Part shown: positions 1-11,312 of the stretch, one piece after another
Layout of the letters: the number at the start of each line of letters is the position of its first letter
Numbering within the stretch: the first letter of the stretch is position 1
Virus record (IMG/VR): IMGVR_UViG_3300042301_002170
Reading direction: 5' to 3' (one strand)
Length of the DNA: 64,000 bases
Source: a virus
Translations under genes and position numbers: made by a program
The notes under the pieces: generated by a model
Seen by the model: only the letters and a program-made list of their open reading frames with translations
Database searches by the model: none
Told to the model about the DNA's origin: nothing

Positions 1-37
1 CAAGAGATTATTCTGAATTAGTGAAAAGATTTAAATA

Positions 38-475
38 ATGGCTTTAGAACTAGGTAAAGTAAAAGTACAAGATTTAACGGAAAACGATTATAAAGTATTA
101 GGAATTGGCATAAATACAACTTCTAATTCTAATGGTGTATTTTCCGTTAATTATACTACTTTAACCCAAGCTAAAGATAATTTAAAAAGTTTAATTCTTA
201 CACATAAAGGTGAAAGATTAATGAATCCTGAATTTGGTTGTGATATTTGGAAATTATTATTTGAACCAATTGTTGAAGGTGATATTGATTCAAAAATAGA
301 AAGAACAATTATAGATGCAGTATCTATCTGGTTACCATATTTAAACATAGACCAAATAATTTTTGATTATGATGATAATGATATAGATAATCATACAATT
401 GGTTTAGATATTAAATTTTCATTGGCATCAAACCCAAATTTAGGTGATTCAGTACAAATAAATGTAAATAATTAA
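38..475 (+). CDS. gp25: Baseplate wedge subunit, gp25/GPW-like
   Basis: NLKSLILTHKGERLMNPEFGCDIWKLLFEP...WLPY matches the gp25 pattern; lies upstream of a gp6-like gene. Confidence 0.9.
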   Translation: MALELGKVKVQDLTENDYKVLGIGINTTSNSNGVFSVNYTTLTQAKDNLKSLILTHKGERLMNPEFGCDIWKLLFEPIVEGDIDSKIERTIIDAVSIWLPYLNIDQIIFDYDDNDIDNHTIGLDIKFSLASNPNLGDSVQINVNN

Positions 476-477
476 TA

Positions 478-2508
478 ATGGCAATTAAACCGATAGATAA
501 AAATTGGGGAAACGATAATAAAAAGATAAACTATCTTGGTAAAGATTTTGCTACATTAAAGCAAAACCTAATAGAATATACTAAAACTTATTTTCCAAAT
601 ACATATTCCGATTTTAATGAAGCATCACCTGGTATGGTGTTTGTTGAGCAAGCGGCCGCAATTGGTGATTTACTATCATTCTATCAAGATGTTCAATTAA
701 AAGAATCAATGTTAGCTTATGCTACTGAACGTAAAAACGTTATAGCATTAGCACAAGCAATGGGGTATAAACCAAAAGTAACAACACCCGCAGTAACTAC
801 AATGACAGTTTATCAATTAGTTCCATCTGTTGGTGTTGGAGCAGAAAGTGTACCCGATAGTAGGTTTTATTTAAGAGTAAAAGAGGGTATGGAAATTCAA
901 TCTTCTACCAACTCATCGGTAATATTTAGAACAACTGATTCTGTTAATTTTGCAGAAACTGGTAGTAATTCTGTTAGTGTATTTGAAAGAAATGCACAAG
1001 GAAATCCAACAAGATATTTGATTTCAAAAACAGTTAAAGCAATATCCGCAAGGCAAATTTCTACTTCAATTGTATTTCAAGGAACAGATACTGATTACCC
1101 AACGGCAACATTGGCAGATACTAATATTATAGGAATAACTTCTATTATAGATTCAAATACAAATGAATTATGGTACGAAGTTCCTTATTTGGCACAAGAA
1201 AGTGTTTTTGTTGAAAAACAAAATACATCATATAATTCGGATTTAAATGAATTTTCTGGTTCCGTTCCTTATATTTTAGAAATACAAAAAGTACCTCGTA
1301 GATTTTCAGTAAAAGTAAATTCTGATAATACTATGGATTTACAATTTGGAAATGGCGGAGGTAGTGGTTTAACAGACGAACAAATTTTACCAAATACTAA
1401 AAATATAGGATTGGGATTAGCCAATTCAGTACAACGATTAAATCAAGGCATTGACCCATCTAATTTTTTAAAAACAAATACATTTGGAATATCCCCTGCA
1501 AACAAAACTCTATCAATAAATTATTTAGTTGGTGGAGGAATTGAATCAAACGTAAATACAGGCGATTTAACTACAATAAGAAGAATTGAATTTGAAGAAG
1601 ATGTTCTATCAATTCCATCTAATATATTAAGTGCATATAATGATACCAAAACAACAGTTGCGGTTGAAAATTTAGAAGCTGCGGTTGGTGGAAGAAGTTC
1701 CGAATCAATTGAAGAAATTAGACAAAATGCATTAGGTTCATTTGGTTCTCAAAATAGAGCAGTAACAAGACAAGATTATATTGTAAGAGCATTATCAATG
1801 CCGGAAAGATATGGTAGTATTGCAAAGGTATATGTATCACCCGATGGAGAGATTGATAATAATTCACCATCATCTATTCTTGCAAATCCAAAATATATTA
1901 CTGAATTTGTTGGATTAGTTGAAGGATTAAAAGGAAAACCATCTTCCGAAGTTCAAAAAGAATTAGTTAAATATCTTTCCCAAAAACGTTCTGCAATATC
2001 GGAAGTAAATAACCCATTTGCAATTAATATGTATGTATTGGGTTATGATGAAAATAAAAAATTAACAAATTTAAATACTGCAATTAAACAAAATCTTAAA
2101 ACTTATTTAGGTGAATATCGTTTAATGACTGATTCTGTAAATTTATTAAATGGATTTATAGTAAATATTGGTTGTGATTTTGAAGTAGCATGTTATTCTA
2201 ATTATAATAAAAATGAAGTAGTAGCAAGTTGTTTATTACAATTGCAAGATTATTTTAATATTGAAAATTGGACATTCAATAAACCAATAAATCTTTCAGA
2301 AATAGAATTAATATTAGCAAACGTAGAAGGAGTTATGAGTGTACCATCGGTTAAGATATATAATCTTTGTGGTGGTGATGGAAATTATTCTACAAACAAA
2401 TATAATATAGACCAAGCAACTAAAGATAAGATTGTATATCCATCTTTAGACCCTTGTGTTTTTGAAATTAAGTACCCAAATAAAGATATTAAAGGAAGAG
2501 CACTATAA
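478..2508 (+). CDS. gp6: Baseplate wedge subunit, gp6/baseplate J-like
   Basis: N-terminal DFATLKQNL...YSDFNEASPG...LSFYQD and QNRAVTRQDY motif typical of T4 gp6. Confidence 0.9.
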   Translation: MAIKPIDKNWGNDNKKINYLGKDFATLKQNLIEYTKTYFPNTYSDFNEASPGMVFVEQAAAIGDLLSFYQDVQLKESMLAYATERKNVIALAQAMGYKPKVTTPAVTTMTVYQLVPSVGVGAESVPDSRFYLRVKEGMEIQSSTNSSVIFRTTDSVNFAETGSNSVSVFERNAQGNPTRYLISKTVKAISARQISTSIVFQGTDTDYPTATLADTNIIGITSIIDSNTNELWYEVPYLAQESVFVEKQNTSYNSDLNEFSGSVPYILEIQKVPRRFSVKVNSDNTMDLQFGNGGGSGLTDEQILPNTKNIGLGLANSVQRLNQGIDPSNFLKTNTFGISPANKTLSINYLVGGGIESNVNTGDLTTIRRIEFEEDVLSIPSNILSAYNDTKTTVAVENLEAAVGGRSSESIEEIRQNALGSFGSQNRAVTRQDYIVRALSMPERYGSIAKVYVSPDGEIDNNSPSSILANPKYITEFVGLVEGLKGKPSSEVQKELVKYLSQKRSAISEVNNPFAINMYVLGYDENKKLTNLNTAIKQNLKTYLGEYRLMTDSVNLLNGFIVNIGCDFEVACYSNYNKNEVVASCLLQLQDYFNIENWTFNKPINLSEIELILANVEGVMSVPSVKIYNLCGGDGNYSTNKYNIDQATKDKIVYPSLDPCVFEIKYPNKDIKGRAL

Positions 2509-3596
2509 TGCATAAATTTTTCACATCATCATTTGACGCAAGTATATACTTACAACAACCAGACCAAAATACAGGTAGGGATGAAATGTTGGAAGTTGGT
2601 AAATTATATTATGGTTCTACCAAAGACATTGCTAGAACTTTAATTAAATTTGATACAGGCTCAATTAAGTCAGAAATAACATCAATAGGGACAGGTAGTT
2701 ACTCTGTATTTTTAAATTTAAAAACGGCAAAATCCGAAGAGATACCTTTACAATATACATTATATGCAAACGCGGTTTCTCAAAGTTGGGCAATGGGAAC
2801 TGGTACTAAGTTTGATAACATAACATCAGATGGTGTTAGTTGGTATTACAAAGATGGCATTAATAAATGGATGAACTACACAGTAACTCCAGATTCTTAT
2901 GTAAGTGGCTCTGATACTGGTTCAATATCAAATGGTGGTGGTGGTACTTGGTACACTGCTTCAATAGCATCACAATCATTTGATTATGAAAATGATGATG
3001 TTAGAATGGATGTTACTAATTTAGTTAAATTATGGGTAAGTGGTTCTGTTCCAAATAATGGGTTTGTAGTACATCATGGATTAATAAATGAAGCAGATAC
3101 GTTGGATTATGGTGTTATTAAATTCTTTTCAAAAGAAACTAATACAATATATGAACCAAAATTAGAATTAGTTTGGGATGATAGTTCATTTTTAACTGGA
3201 AGTTTATCACCAGTAACCGGTTCAGCACAAGAAGGATATAAAGTAGTTATTAGCAATTTAAAAAATGAATATGTTAATAATACAAAGGTAAAAATTAGAT
3301 TAAAAGGTAGAGATATGTATCCATCAAAAACATTTGATAGAACTTTCTCATATGACCAAGTTAAATATTTACCATCCGGTTCAACTCAGTATCAAATAGA
3401 AGATTACATAACAGGAGAAGCAATATTTCCATTTGGTAATTATACAAAAGTAAGTTGTGATTCTACATCTAATTATTTTATAATGGATTTATCAACACTA
3501 TCTATTAATAGAACATATAGATTAAAAATAAAAATAATAGAAAGTGGAATATCTACAATTGTAGATGATAAGTATATATTTGAAATAGTATCCTAA
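2508..3596 (+). CDS. Virion/baseplate protein with DNRLRE-like (putative carbohydrate-binding) domain
   Basis: DASIY..QPDQNTG.DEMLEVG...RTLIKFD and FFSKE...PKLEL motifs; baseplate operon context. Confidence 0.6.
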   Translation: MHKFFTSSFDASIYLQQPDQNTGRDEMLEVGKLYYGSTKDIARTLIKFDTGSIKSEITSIGTGSYSVFLNLKTAKSEEIPLQYTLYANAVSQSWAMGTGTKFDNITSDGVSWYYKDGINKWMNYTVTPDSYVSGSDTGSISNGGGGTWYTASIASQSFDYENDDVRMDVTNLVKLWVSGSVPNNGFVVHHGLINEADTLDYGVIKFFSKETNTIYEPKLELVWDDSSFLTGSLSPVTGSAQEGYKVVISNLKNEYVNNTKVKIRLKGRDMYPSKTFDRTFSYDQVKYLPSGSTQYQIEDYITGEAIFPFGNYTKVSCDSTSNYFIMDLSTLSINRTYRLKIKIIESGISTIVDDKYIFEIVS

Positions 3597-4756
3597 TGAC
3601 TACACCAGAAACAATTTCTGAAAAATTACAAAATATAAAAGATACACGTTTAGAAGAAATTTTAAAAGTATCAGGCTCAGCCGCAATTACTAAAAATGAA
3701 TATGGTGTTACCATTGTTAATGAAAATGATTCTGCATCTTCTTTAATTTTTAAATCTTTAACTAAAGATAAATACGATAATACAGAATTACAAAAAGCAA
3801 TTGATGTTGTAGTTAAAGAATTAAAACCAAATATTCCAAAACCAAATTTAGATTTAGTTCCAAGGCCACTATACGATGAAAAAGTAGTTGAAAATGAAGA
3901 TTTAAGAAAACAGGTAGAAGATTTAACTGCAACCGTTTCTGATTTAAATACTCAAATTACTACATTAAAATCTGAAGTTGAAACGCAGATAAATAACAGA
4001 TTAAATATAGAGCAAACCAATGATGCGTTAGTAAATCAATTAGAAATTTTATCAAAAACTATTTCAGAATTTGCAATGCAAATATCAAATGCGGTTCAGA
4101 AATCTATTGATGAATCTATTTTAAGAGCATCTTTACAGGCACAGAACAAAGGTTTCTTTGCACAGATTACTGCATTAATTAAACAAATTGATTCATTAAA
4201 CTCAATTATTGAAGGTTTACAGGCTCAATTAGGTGCATCTCAACAACAACAAGCAATTGTACAAGGAACAAGAGCAACTGCATTAGCATCTGGTGCAGAT
4301 ATGGTATTAGATGTAGCATTAATTAAGTTAGAACCATCTACTGCCAAATCAGAACCACCAATTAAAGCAAATATTAGTTCTGAATTAATTGGTAAATGGA
4401 TTAATGGTCAAACTATTAAATTTACAAATAATGATAAAGAACCAATAAAAGTTGAAATATCTGTAACATACCCACAAGGTGTTAGATTCTTTAACGTACC
4501 AGAAACATCATTTAGTGTTCCTGCTGGTGGTTCAAAGGATATAACACTTACTCTCGATACACGAGCTACAGAGGGAAAAAGTTCTCATTGGAGAAGAAAT
4601 GGTTGGGGCTTTTTAACAGAAAGAGATTCATCAGATTATACAGGTGGTTCTATGAACATAACAGTAACTAATTCACAAGGGAAAAGTGAAGTAAAGACTT
4701 ACGGAATAAAATTATCCAAAAAGACTAAAGAAGATTATGCAAATCATCAAACATAA
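3596..4756 (+). CDS. Putative virion protein, coiled coil plus C-terminal beta-rich (Ig-like) domain
   Basis: Heptad-rich central region; beta-strand-like C-terminus; TAATG coupling to the upstream gene. Confidence 0.5.
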   Translation: MTTPETISEKLQNIKDTRLEEILKVSGSAAITKNEYGVTIVNENDSASSLIFKSLTKDKYDNTELQKAIDVVVKELKPNIPKPNLDLVPRPLYDEKVVENEDLRKQVEDLTATVSDLNTQITTLKSEVETQINNRLNIEQTNDALVNQLEILSKTISEFAMQISNAVQKSIDESILRASLQAQNKGFFAQITALIKQIDSLNSIIEGLQAQLGASQQQQAIVQGTRATALASGADMVLDVALIKLEPSTAKSEPPIKANISSELIGKWINGQTIKFTNNDKEPIKVEISVTYPQGVRFFNVPETSFSVPAGGSKDITLTLDTRATEGKSSHWRRNGWGFLTERDSSDYTGGSMNITVTNSQGKSEVKTYGIKLSKKTKEDYANHQT

Positions 4757-4762
4757 TAATTT

Positions 4763-6319
4763 ATGAGTATTACAAAATATACTAACTTTGAGCAAATTGA
4801 TTCTAGAAAAGAAAATAAAGGTGATTTTCTTTTAAAGGATGACTTACTCATTGTGTCCAAAACTGAGATAGAAGAAGCGGATTTTGGTGATTGTAAACAT
4901 GATGTAATGGAAGTATCTATATACGATGTTAATAATGTTTTATTACCAAATAAGGCAGGAAATAACGTTGCTTATATAAAACCAAACGATATAAAAAACT
5001 ATATGTACGATATAGTTAATGCGGGTGGTCAAAAAGAACTTGCTATAAATGTTGAAAAATTATTAAATGATTTAGGATATTCAAATGGTGTTCTAAAAGT
5101 TAATTTAAATTTTGTTCGTAATAAAATAGGAACTGATAATGATTTAACAAGAGTTTGGATTCAAGAAATATCACCTTCAAGAGAAGAAGTTCGTATAATT
5201 CCATTAAAAACAAAAGATAATAATATAAACAAAATTACAAATAATGAATTTAAAAATATTCATAATTTAAGTAAAGATTTTAAATATTATAAAAAAAATA
5301 TATTGGATGCATTAGATAAGTTTGAAGCAAGTTCATTAACTGTAATAGATGATGCATTGGTTGCTAAATTTGGAAATGATTTTAGAAGTGTACTAAGAAA
5401 AGATTTTGGATTGAGAGATTTAGATATTTTTCATAAAAGAATATTTGATAATTTTAGAGATAGCATAAAAAATTGGGCAAACAATAGATACTACGATGTA
5501 TCACAATCTACATTTGGTAAACCATCTGAAATAAGATTTGAAAGTTGTGGACAATATGATTTTAATATGTTGTTGGGTGAAATTCAAAGTATATTAAATA
5601 ACTGTATCCAATTTAATACAAAAGCATTACAAAGAAGACAAGTTGATATTAAGCAATTACCAAAAGAATTTGGAATAGTTGAATTAAGAAAACAAATACA
5701 AAATAATTTAGATTCATTTGGTACTAAAATTGATATTAAACGAAATATCTATATGCCAGATAAAGTGGATGTAACTGTTACAGGTACAAGTGAATTACCA
5801 CCAATTAAAACTGTAAGAGAAGTTGCAGTTGTGGAAACCCCATCCGAACCAACTCCACCACCTAAACCACCATCTCCACCATCTCCATCAGCACCATATG
5901 AAATTGCATATGAATATGTATTGAGTAACTACCATCCAACGGGTAATAGAACGTTTATTTTACGTCAATTAGGTACAAATGGTGTTATTTCGTATATATT
6001 ATCTCCAGGTCAAGAAAGAACTGTTTGTGCAATTGAAAATAGTGTAAGTGTTGCAGAAGGCGGATATGGTAATATAAGTAAACGTAGTGTTTGTGGCACT
6101 ACTCCATCAAATACAAGTCAAATAACACCCACTACACAAACTAAACCAAACTTACAAGATACTAGATTTAGTACTGCAGAGCAACAAGCAATTGGTTTAA
6201 CTGTAACAAATTCAGGTAATAGGAGTTATGCTCAATATGTACCTGTAGGATTAGATGGAACTACTAATAATAGTAGTTTGGCAAATGTAGAAAACGACCC
6301 AACTGGTAGAGATTATTAA
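4763..6319 (+). CDS. Putative baseplate-associated structural protein with Pro-rich linker
   Basis: 518 aa ORF in structural operon; PSEPTPPPKPPSPPSPSAP linker precedes a S/T-rich tail. Confidence 0.5.
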   Translation: MSITKYTNFEQIDSRKENKGDFLLKDDLLIVSKTEIEEADFGDCKHDVMEVSIYDVNNVLLPNKAGNNVAYIKPNDIKNYMYDIVNAGGQKELAINVEKLLNDLGYSNGVLKVNLNFVRNKIGTDNDLTRVWIQEISPSREEVRIIPLKTKDNNINKITNNEFKNIHNLSKDFKYYKKNILDALDKFEASSLTVIDDALVAKFGNDFRSVLRKDFGLRDLDIFHKRIFDNFRDSIKNWANNRYYDVSQSTFGKPSEIRFESCGQYDFNMLLGEIQSILNNCIQFNTKALQRRQVDIKQLPKEFGIVELRKQIQNNLDSFGTKIDIKRNIYMPDKVDVTVTGTSELPPIKTVREVAVVETPSEPTPPPKPPSPPSPSAPYEIAYEYVLSNYHPTGNRTFILRQLGTNGVISYILSPGQERTVCAIENSVSVAEGGYGNISKRSVCGTTPSNTSQITPTTQTKPNLQDTRFSTAEQQAIGLTVTNSGNRSYAQYVPVGLDGTTNNSSLANVENDPTGRDY

Positions 6320-6327
6320 TAATACGA

Positions 6328-6335
6328 TATTTATA
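6328..6335 (+). promoter_or_regulatory. Putative late promoter core TATTTATA
   Basis: In the short gap before the 6348 gene; motif recurs before structural genes. Confidence 0.6.
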
Positions 6336-6347
6336 ATAAAATATTAA

Positions 6348-9300
6348 ATGGCATTAACGGAAGAACAAAAAAAAGAAGCGGACAAGCTTGGTCTTACATA
6401 CGAATTGTATGAGAAGTTAAGCAATATAACAATTGACCCAAATGCTCTTTCTGGTTTAAATGAAACTCTTGCCCAAATTAATTCTCCTGCTGGCCAAGCC
6501 GAATTACGAACTGCAATTGCTGCAAATATAGGACCTATAAATCCACTTACAATGTTGGGTTCTGATACAATTGGACCAATATATCAACCATTAACGTTTA
6601 CAGATGTTAATGGTGACCCAATTACTATTAATGAAAGAAATCCTACAAACGTAGAACAAACATTAAAAGCATTACAAGATTTAGAAGTACCTAAAATTGC
6701 AGATGTTCCTGTTCCTCAACCACCTGCTACTAAAAAAAAAATAGATAGATTAGAAACAATAGTCCCAAACCCAAATAGTGAGTATGAAATTTCATTTGGT
6801 AGTAATTTTAAAAACGAACTAGGTGGTAATGTATCTTTAACATACGAAATTGTATCAAACGATTTTAAACACGATAGTGGTGTTTTGTTTTTAGATGGTA
6901 CTAGGAGTGCTATTAAAAAACAATTATCAAAAGATGTTTTACAGAACGGTGTTGTTTTATTTAAAATAGAAGGAAATTTACCAGACGGATTTACGTTTAG
7001 TGGTATATATGAAGGTAATTCATCTTTAGTAAAAAATGAAGGTAGAGATTTATCTGCACTAACTCAAGTTAATGGTACTGTATTTTCTGTACCTGCAAAT
7101 AAATTATTTAGTAGTTTTGTTGTTATTGCAAATTTCCAAAAAGAAATAAAATACGCAGAACCAAAAATTTCATTACCAAATGGAAGTCAATTTAATGTTT
7201 CTGTAAAAGATTCGGATTTAGAAAAATCAATTGCAATTCCATTTAATACAGAGCAAGCTGATAGAGTAATTGTATATTTAGGACCTAATAATACAATAGA
7301 AGTTCCTGCATCGGATAGACAGGCAATTATTTATTTCCAAAAAGATTTTCAAGAAGTATATGGTACTAAAAAAATAATATTAGTAGCAGTTGGTGATGCG
7401 TATGGTACTGGTGGTAGAGTGGAGGTGAATGTTACGTTTACTGCTATTAATGATTTTCCATCTATTACCGAAACTACTTTTGCCGAACTAATAGATGTTC
7501 CATCATTTTCAGATTATAATATATCATACGATGTAACTTGGAATACGTTTGCAGCAACAAGTGTAGATATACATTTAAAATTAAGAGATAATTCATTTGT
7601 TCCATTATTTGTAAATCAACCTACAAATGGAAGAACTAGCATACATCTTAAAACATTAAGAGAAAACTTTCCAAATTGGGCAGGTAGTGATAATGTAACT
7701 TTAAAATTAATACCATATAATAGGGGTGGTGCTGAATCACTTACTGGTAATGATTATGAAATTGTTACCAAACTTATATTACCTTTATTAGAAATTAATG
7801 AAGAGATTTTTGGTAAAGCAATGTTTGATGCTTTTATTCAAAAGTTACAAATAATTGAACCAGAAAAAGAAAGTAAAAATTTAACTCACCTTGCTAACTT
7901 TGGTAATGATGAGCAAGTATTAATTTCATCTTGGGAATCGGATGATTGGACTTTATCTAAAAAATCAGTAGATAATTTAGGTAATGAGTTTGTTAAAGAA
8001 ACCGATAAGGTTGAATCTATAATATTAAAATTATATTCACCAATACCCGCATCCGTAACGCCAAATTCAACATTTTGGGTTACTAAATTATTAACAAGTC
8101 CATTAGTAGAAACTGTAATACTTACAGAACAAGATAACTTATTATGTCCTCCAATAAAAGGACCTAATTTTTCTATTGAAGTTGATTACATAAAAGGTAG
8201 TGCTACTAATTATGAATCATTGGATGATTTAATATTAACAAATACATCATCTGCACAATTAGTTGGGTTATACCTAAGTTCATCTTTAGTTAGTACGGAT
8301 GATTTAAATATTGAATACACAACTGGTTCTACATATGCTTGGGATAATTTTGTACATTTTAGTTCGGCAAAAGAAAGAGTAGATAATTTTGTTTATAAAG
8401 TTCAATTAATTGAAAATTATGAATCATTAATTTCTGCATCTTATAATGACCCATATTCTTCTGGTCATACAAATACCCTTTCTGCAATTCAGGAAAGAGA
8501 AAAACAACAATTAAAGAAAAATCAATTAGTAAATGGATTTGATGGATTTGAAAAATTCTTATATACATCATCATCTTTAAGTTGGCCGTACAATGGTAGT
8601 ATTAGAAAATTAAGTACAACTAGTGAAGTAACTAATTGGTATGAAACCGTTATAACGTTAGCTGAAGATTTTGATATAGAAAATCAAAATTGGGTTCAAA
8701 ATAATATTCCACAATTTATTGTAAATAATACAGACAACGAAAGTATGTTGTTATTTTTATCAATGATTGGACAACATTTTGATAACATATATTTTTATAC
8801 AAAATCAATTGAAAAAAGTAGAGGTTTAGGTTATAAATCAAAAAATGGTATTTCAGATAAACTTTTATTTGAAACTCTTAAATCATTTGATTGGGATGCT
8901 AAAAACTTAGCTTCAGATTCTAAACTTTGGAATTATGTATTTGGAAAAAATATAGATGGTAATATTGTAAACTCTTCACCTGGTAAAGAAAGAACCAATG
9001 AAGTGTGGAGAAGAATTGTAAATAATATACCGTATTTATTAAAACACAAAGGTACACGAAGGGGTGTATATGCGTTATTGAGTTGTTATGGTATCCCATC
9101 ATCAAATCTTTCTATTTTAGAATTTGGAGGACCTGAAGTAACGGATACCAATAGGAGTAAATTGGTAATGGATAACATTACAACTGCTCTTAAAATGACA
9201 AATGGTTCTAAAATTGATTTTGAATGGAAAAACACAGAAAGAAATAGAAAACCGGATACGATTGAATTTTTTGTAAAACCATCAACAAGTGGAGAATATA

Positions 9301-11264
9301 CTTTAATTTCAGGTAGTGGTTGGGATGTAAAAATAAGTGGTTCTTATAATAATAACAACGGACGTGTATTATTTGATTATGGTTCAAATGTAATTAGTTC
9401 ATCTTTATTACCGATATTTAATGGTTCATTCTTTGGTATATCTGTAAGTAGAGAAGTAATTGGTAGTTTACATAATTTTGAATTAAATGTTAGACAAGCT
9501 GATAAAGAAAGAACTTTGTTTCAAAATAATACATCAACAAGTGTTGCAATTGGAGATTCTAATTGGAATAATGGTTCTTATATTACATTAGGTGGTAATT
9601 TTGTTGGTAGTATAGATGAATTCCGTTTATGGTCTACACCATTGGAAAAAGAAAGATTCTATGAGCACGTTTCATTTCCAGAAATGGTTAATGGAAACCA
9701 CATATCAGCATCTACTGATGATTTGTTTTTCCGTTTAGATTTTGAATATCCTAAAAATTTATATGGTACAGTTGGTTCATCTTCATTAATGAATGTTGAT
9801 AGTAACATTTATTTTAGTGGTAGTTTGACAAGAAATGATTATGAAAATGGAAGTAATGCTGTATTATATTCAGAAAATCCTTCCGCATCATATTCGGCTA
9901 GTGCGTATGGATTTACTTCAATAGCATCATATCCATATAATTTTGAAGCAATAGATAGAACGGTTGTATTAGATATACCGGATGTTGGTTCATCTAGATA
10001 TTCAACTAATAAGATTCGTTTTGAAGAACAAACACTAGTAACTGATTTATCGGTTAATAGTAGAGCAACTAAAAAATCATTAGACCAAGCACCTACGGAT
10101 TCTAATAGAGTTGGTTTATTCTTTTCTCCTACAAAAGAGTTGAATATTGATATTGCTAAATCGTTTGGTGGTATTAATTTAGATAATTATATTGGTGACC
10201 CATCGGATAGATATAAAACAAATTATAGAGGTTTAGATGATTTAAGAAAGTATTATTTTAAAAGATTTAATAATATAGACATATATGCTTATATTAACTT
10301 AATTAAGTTGTATGAGAAATCTATGTTTGAAGATATTAAAAATATGTTGCCCGCTAGAGTTAAAGCAACAACAGGTCTTTTAATTGAACCACACTTTTTA
10401 GAAAGAAGTAAAATTGCTCAAAAGAAACCAATTGGTGAAAATACTCAATATGAATCGGTAATACATTATGATGATTCAACTATATTAAGTTCAGAAAACT
10501 TTCAGCAAGAAGTAACATTAGATGCAAATTCTCAATATTTATTAGTTGGTGAAAATAATCAAAAAGAAACTTTAATTGATGCAAATTTAAGTGAAAATTT
10601 AATTGCCGAAAATTATCAATATGATACTAAAATTGTAGCTACGGAAACTACATTAGTAGAAGCCGAATCTTATCAAAGAGAAATTACAATAGATGCAGGA
10701 TTGGCAGACCCAACAATACTTACTGAAATTGATTTAATTAATAGTAGTGTTACGATTGGTCAAACTGATTATGAAAATATTGGATTTGGATTGTACGCAC
10801 AAAATGGTCATTCAATCAGAACGTATTTTGATAAAAACGGAAGAAGAGTAAAAGAAAGAGTTAAAGTTGATTTAATTAAAGAACAAAAAACAAGAAAAAC
10901 TTTAAAATATAAAACAACAATAAATGGTGTTGGTGATATAAGAGATGGGTTTGTATTAACTTCATCTGTTTATTTTGAAACCAATTTAAACATACAACCA
11001 TTTTCTGGTTCTAAAACAATTAACGCAGGAACAGGTAGTATAGTTGAGGTAACTCCTTTAAATGGATATTTACCAACTCACTATAGAAACACAACGGATT
11101 TGACAAGAGGATTGCAAAATTCTTTTTATAATGGTTCAAAAAATACGGCAGCAACTACATTAGATGGTTCTTCTCCTATTGAAACATTTGTATCTAATCC
11201 TAATACATTAAAGGTTAATAAAGCAGGTAGAAGTGCAAACGAACCAATTTTGGAAGTAGAGTAA
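6348..11264 (+). CDS. Large baseplate wedge protein (gp7/P2 gpI-like) with LamG/ConA-like domain
   Basis: 1638 aa; LLKHKGTRRGVYALLSCYG resembles the gpI/gp7 motif; GGNFVGSIDEFRLWSTPL is a LamG signature. Confidence 0.65.
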   Translation: MALTEEQKKEADKLGLTYELYEKLSNITIDPNALSGLNETLAQINSPAGQAELRTAIAANIGPINPLTMLGSDTIGPIYQPLTFTDVNGDPITINERNPTNVEQTLKALQDLEVPKIADVPVPQPPATKKKIDRLETIVPNPNSEYEISFGSNFKNELGGNVSLTYEIVSNDFKHDSGVLFLDGTRSAIKKQLSKDVLQNGVVLFKIEGNLPDGFTFSGIYEGNSSLVKNEGRDLSALTQVNGTVFSVPANKLFSSFVVIANFQKEIKYAEPKISLPNGSQFNVSVKDSDLEKSIAIPFNTEQADRVIVYLGPNNTIEVPASDRQAIIYFQKDFQEVYGTKKIILVAVGDAYGTGGRVEVNVTFTAINDFPSITETTFAELIDVPSFSDYNISYDVTWNTFAATSVDIHLKLRDNSFVPLFVNQPTNGRTSIHLKTLRENFPNWAGSDNVTLKLIPYNRGGAESLTGNDYEIVTKLILPLLEINEEIFGKAMFDAFIQKLQIIEPEKESKNLTHLANFGNDEQVLISSWESDDWTLSKKSVDNLGNEFVKETDKVESIILKLYSPIPASVTPNSTFWVTKLLTSPLVETVILTEQDNLLCPPIKGPNFSIEVDYIKGSATNYESLDDLILTNTSSAQLVGLYLSSSLVSTDDLNIEYTTGSTYAWDNFVHFSSAKERVDNFVYKVQLIENYESLISASYNDPYSSGHTNTLSAIQEREKQQLKKNQLVNGFDGFEKFLYTSSSLSWPYNGSIRKLSTTSEVTNWYETVITLAEDFDIENQNWVQNNIPQFIVNNTDNESMLLFLSMIGQHFDNIYFYTKSIEKSRGLGYKSKNGISDKLLFETLKSFDWDAKNLASDSKLWNYVFGKNIDGNIVNSSPGKERTNEVWRRIVNNIPYLLKHKGTRRGVYALLSCYGIPSSNLSILEFGGPEVTDTNRSKLVMDNITTALKMTNGSKIDFEWKNTERNRKPDTIEFFVKPSTSGEYTLISGSGWDVKISGSYNNNNGRVLFDYGSNVISSSLLPIFNGSFFGISVSREVIGSLHNFELNVRQADKERTLFQNNTSTSVAIGDSNWNNGSYITLGGNFVGSIDEFRLWSTPLEKERFYEHVSFPEMVNGNHISASTDDLFFRLDFEYPKNLYGTVGSSSLMNVDSNIYFSGSLTRNDYENGSNAVLYSENPSASYSASAYGFTSIASYPYNFEAIDRTVVLDIPDVGSSRYSTNKIRFEEQTLVTDLSVNSRATKKSLDQAPTDSNRVGLFFSPTKELNIDIAKSFGGINLDNYIGDPSDRYKTNYRGLDDLRKYYFKRFNNIDIYAYINLIKLYEKSMFEDIKNMLPARVKATTGLLIEPHFLERSKIAQKKPIGENTQYESVIHYDDSTILSSENFQQEVTLDANSQYLLVGENNQKETLIDANLSENLIAENYQYDTKIVATETTLVEAESYQREITIDAGLADPTILTEIDLINSSVTIGQTDYENIGFGLYAQNGHSIRTYFDKNGRRVKERVKVDLIKEQKTRKTLKYKTTINGVGDIRDGFVLTSSVYFETNLNIQPFSGSKTINAGTGSIVEVTPLNGYLPTHYRNTTDLTRGLQNSFYNGSKNTAATTLDGSSPIETFVSNPNTLKVNKAGRSANEPILEVE

Positions 11265-11282
11265 TAATTTTTAAAAAAACTA

Positions 11283-11290
11283 TATTTATA
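11283..11290 (+). promoter_or_regulatory. Putative late promoter core TATTTATA
   Basis: Intergenic, before 11313. Confidence 0.6.
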
Positions 11291-11312
11291 TTAAAGATAA
11301 TACATTAACACT

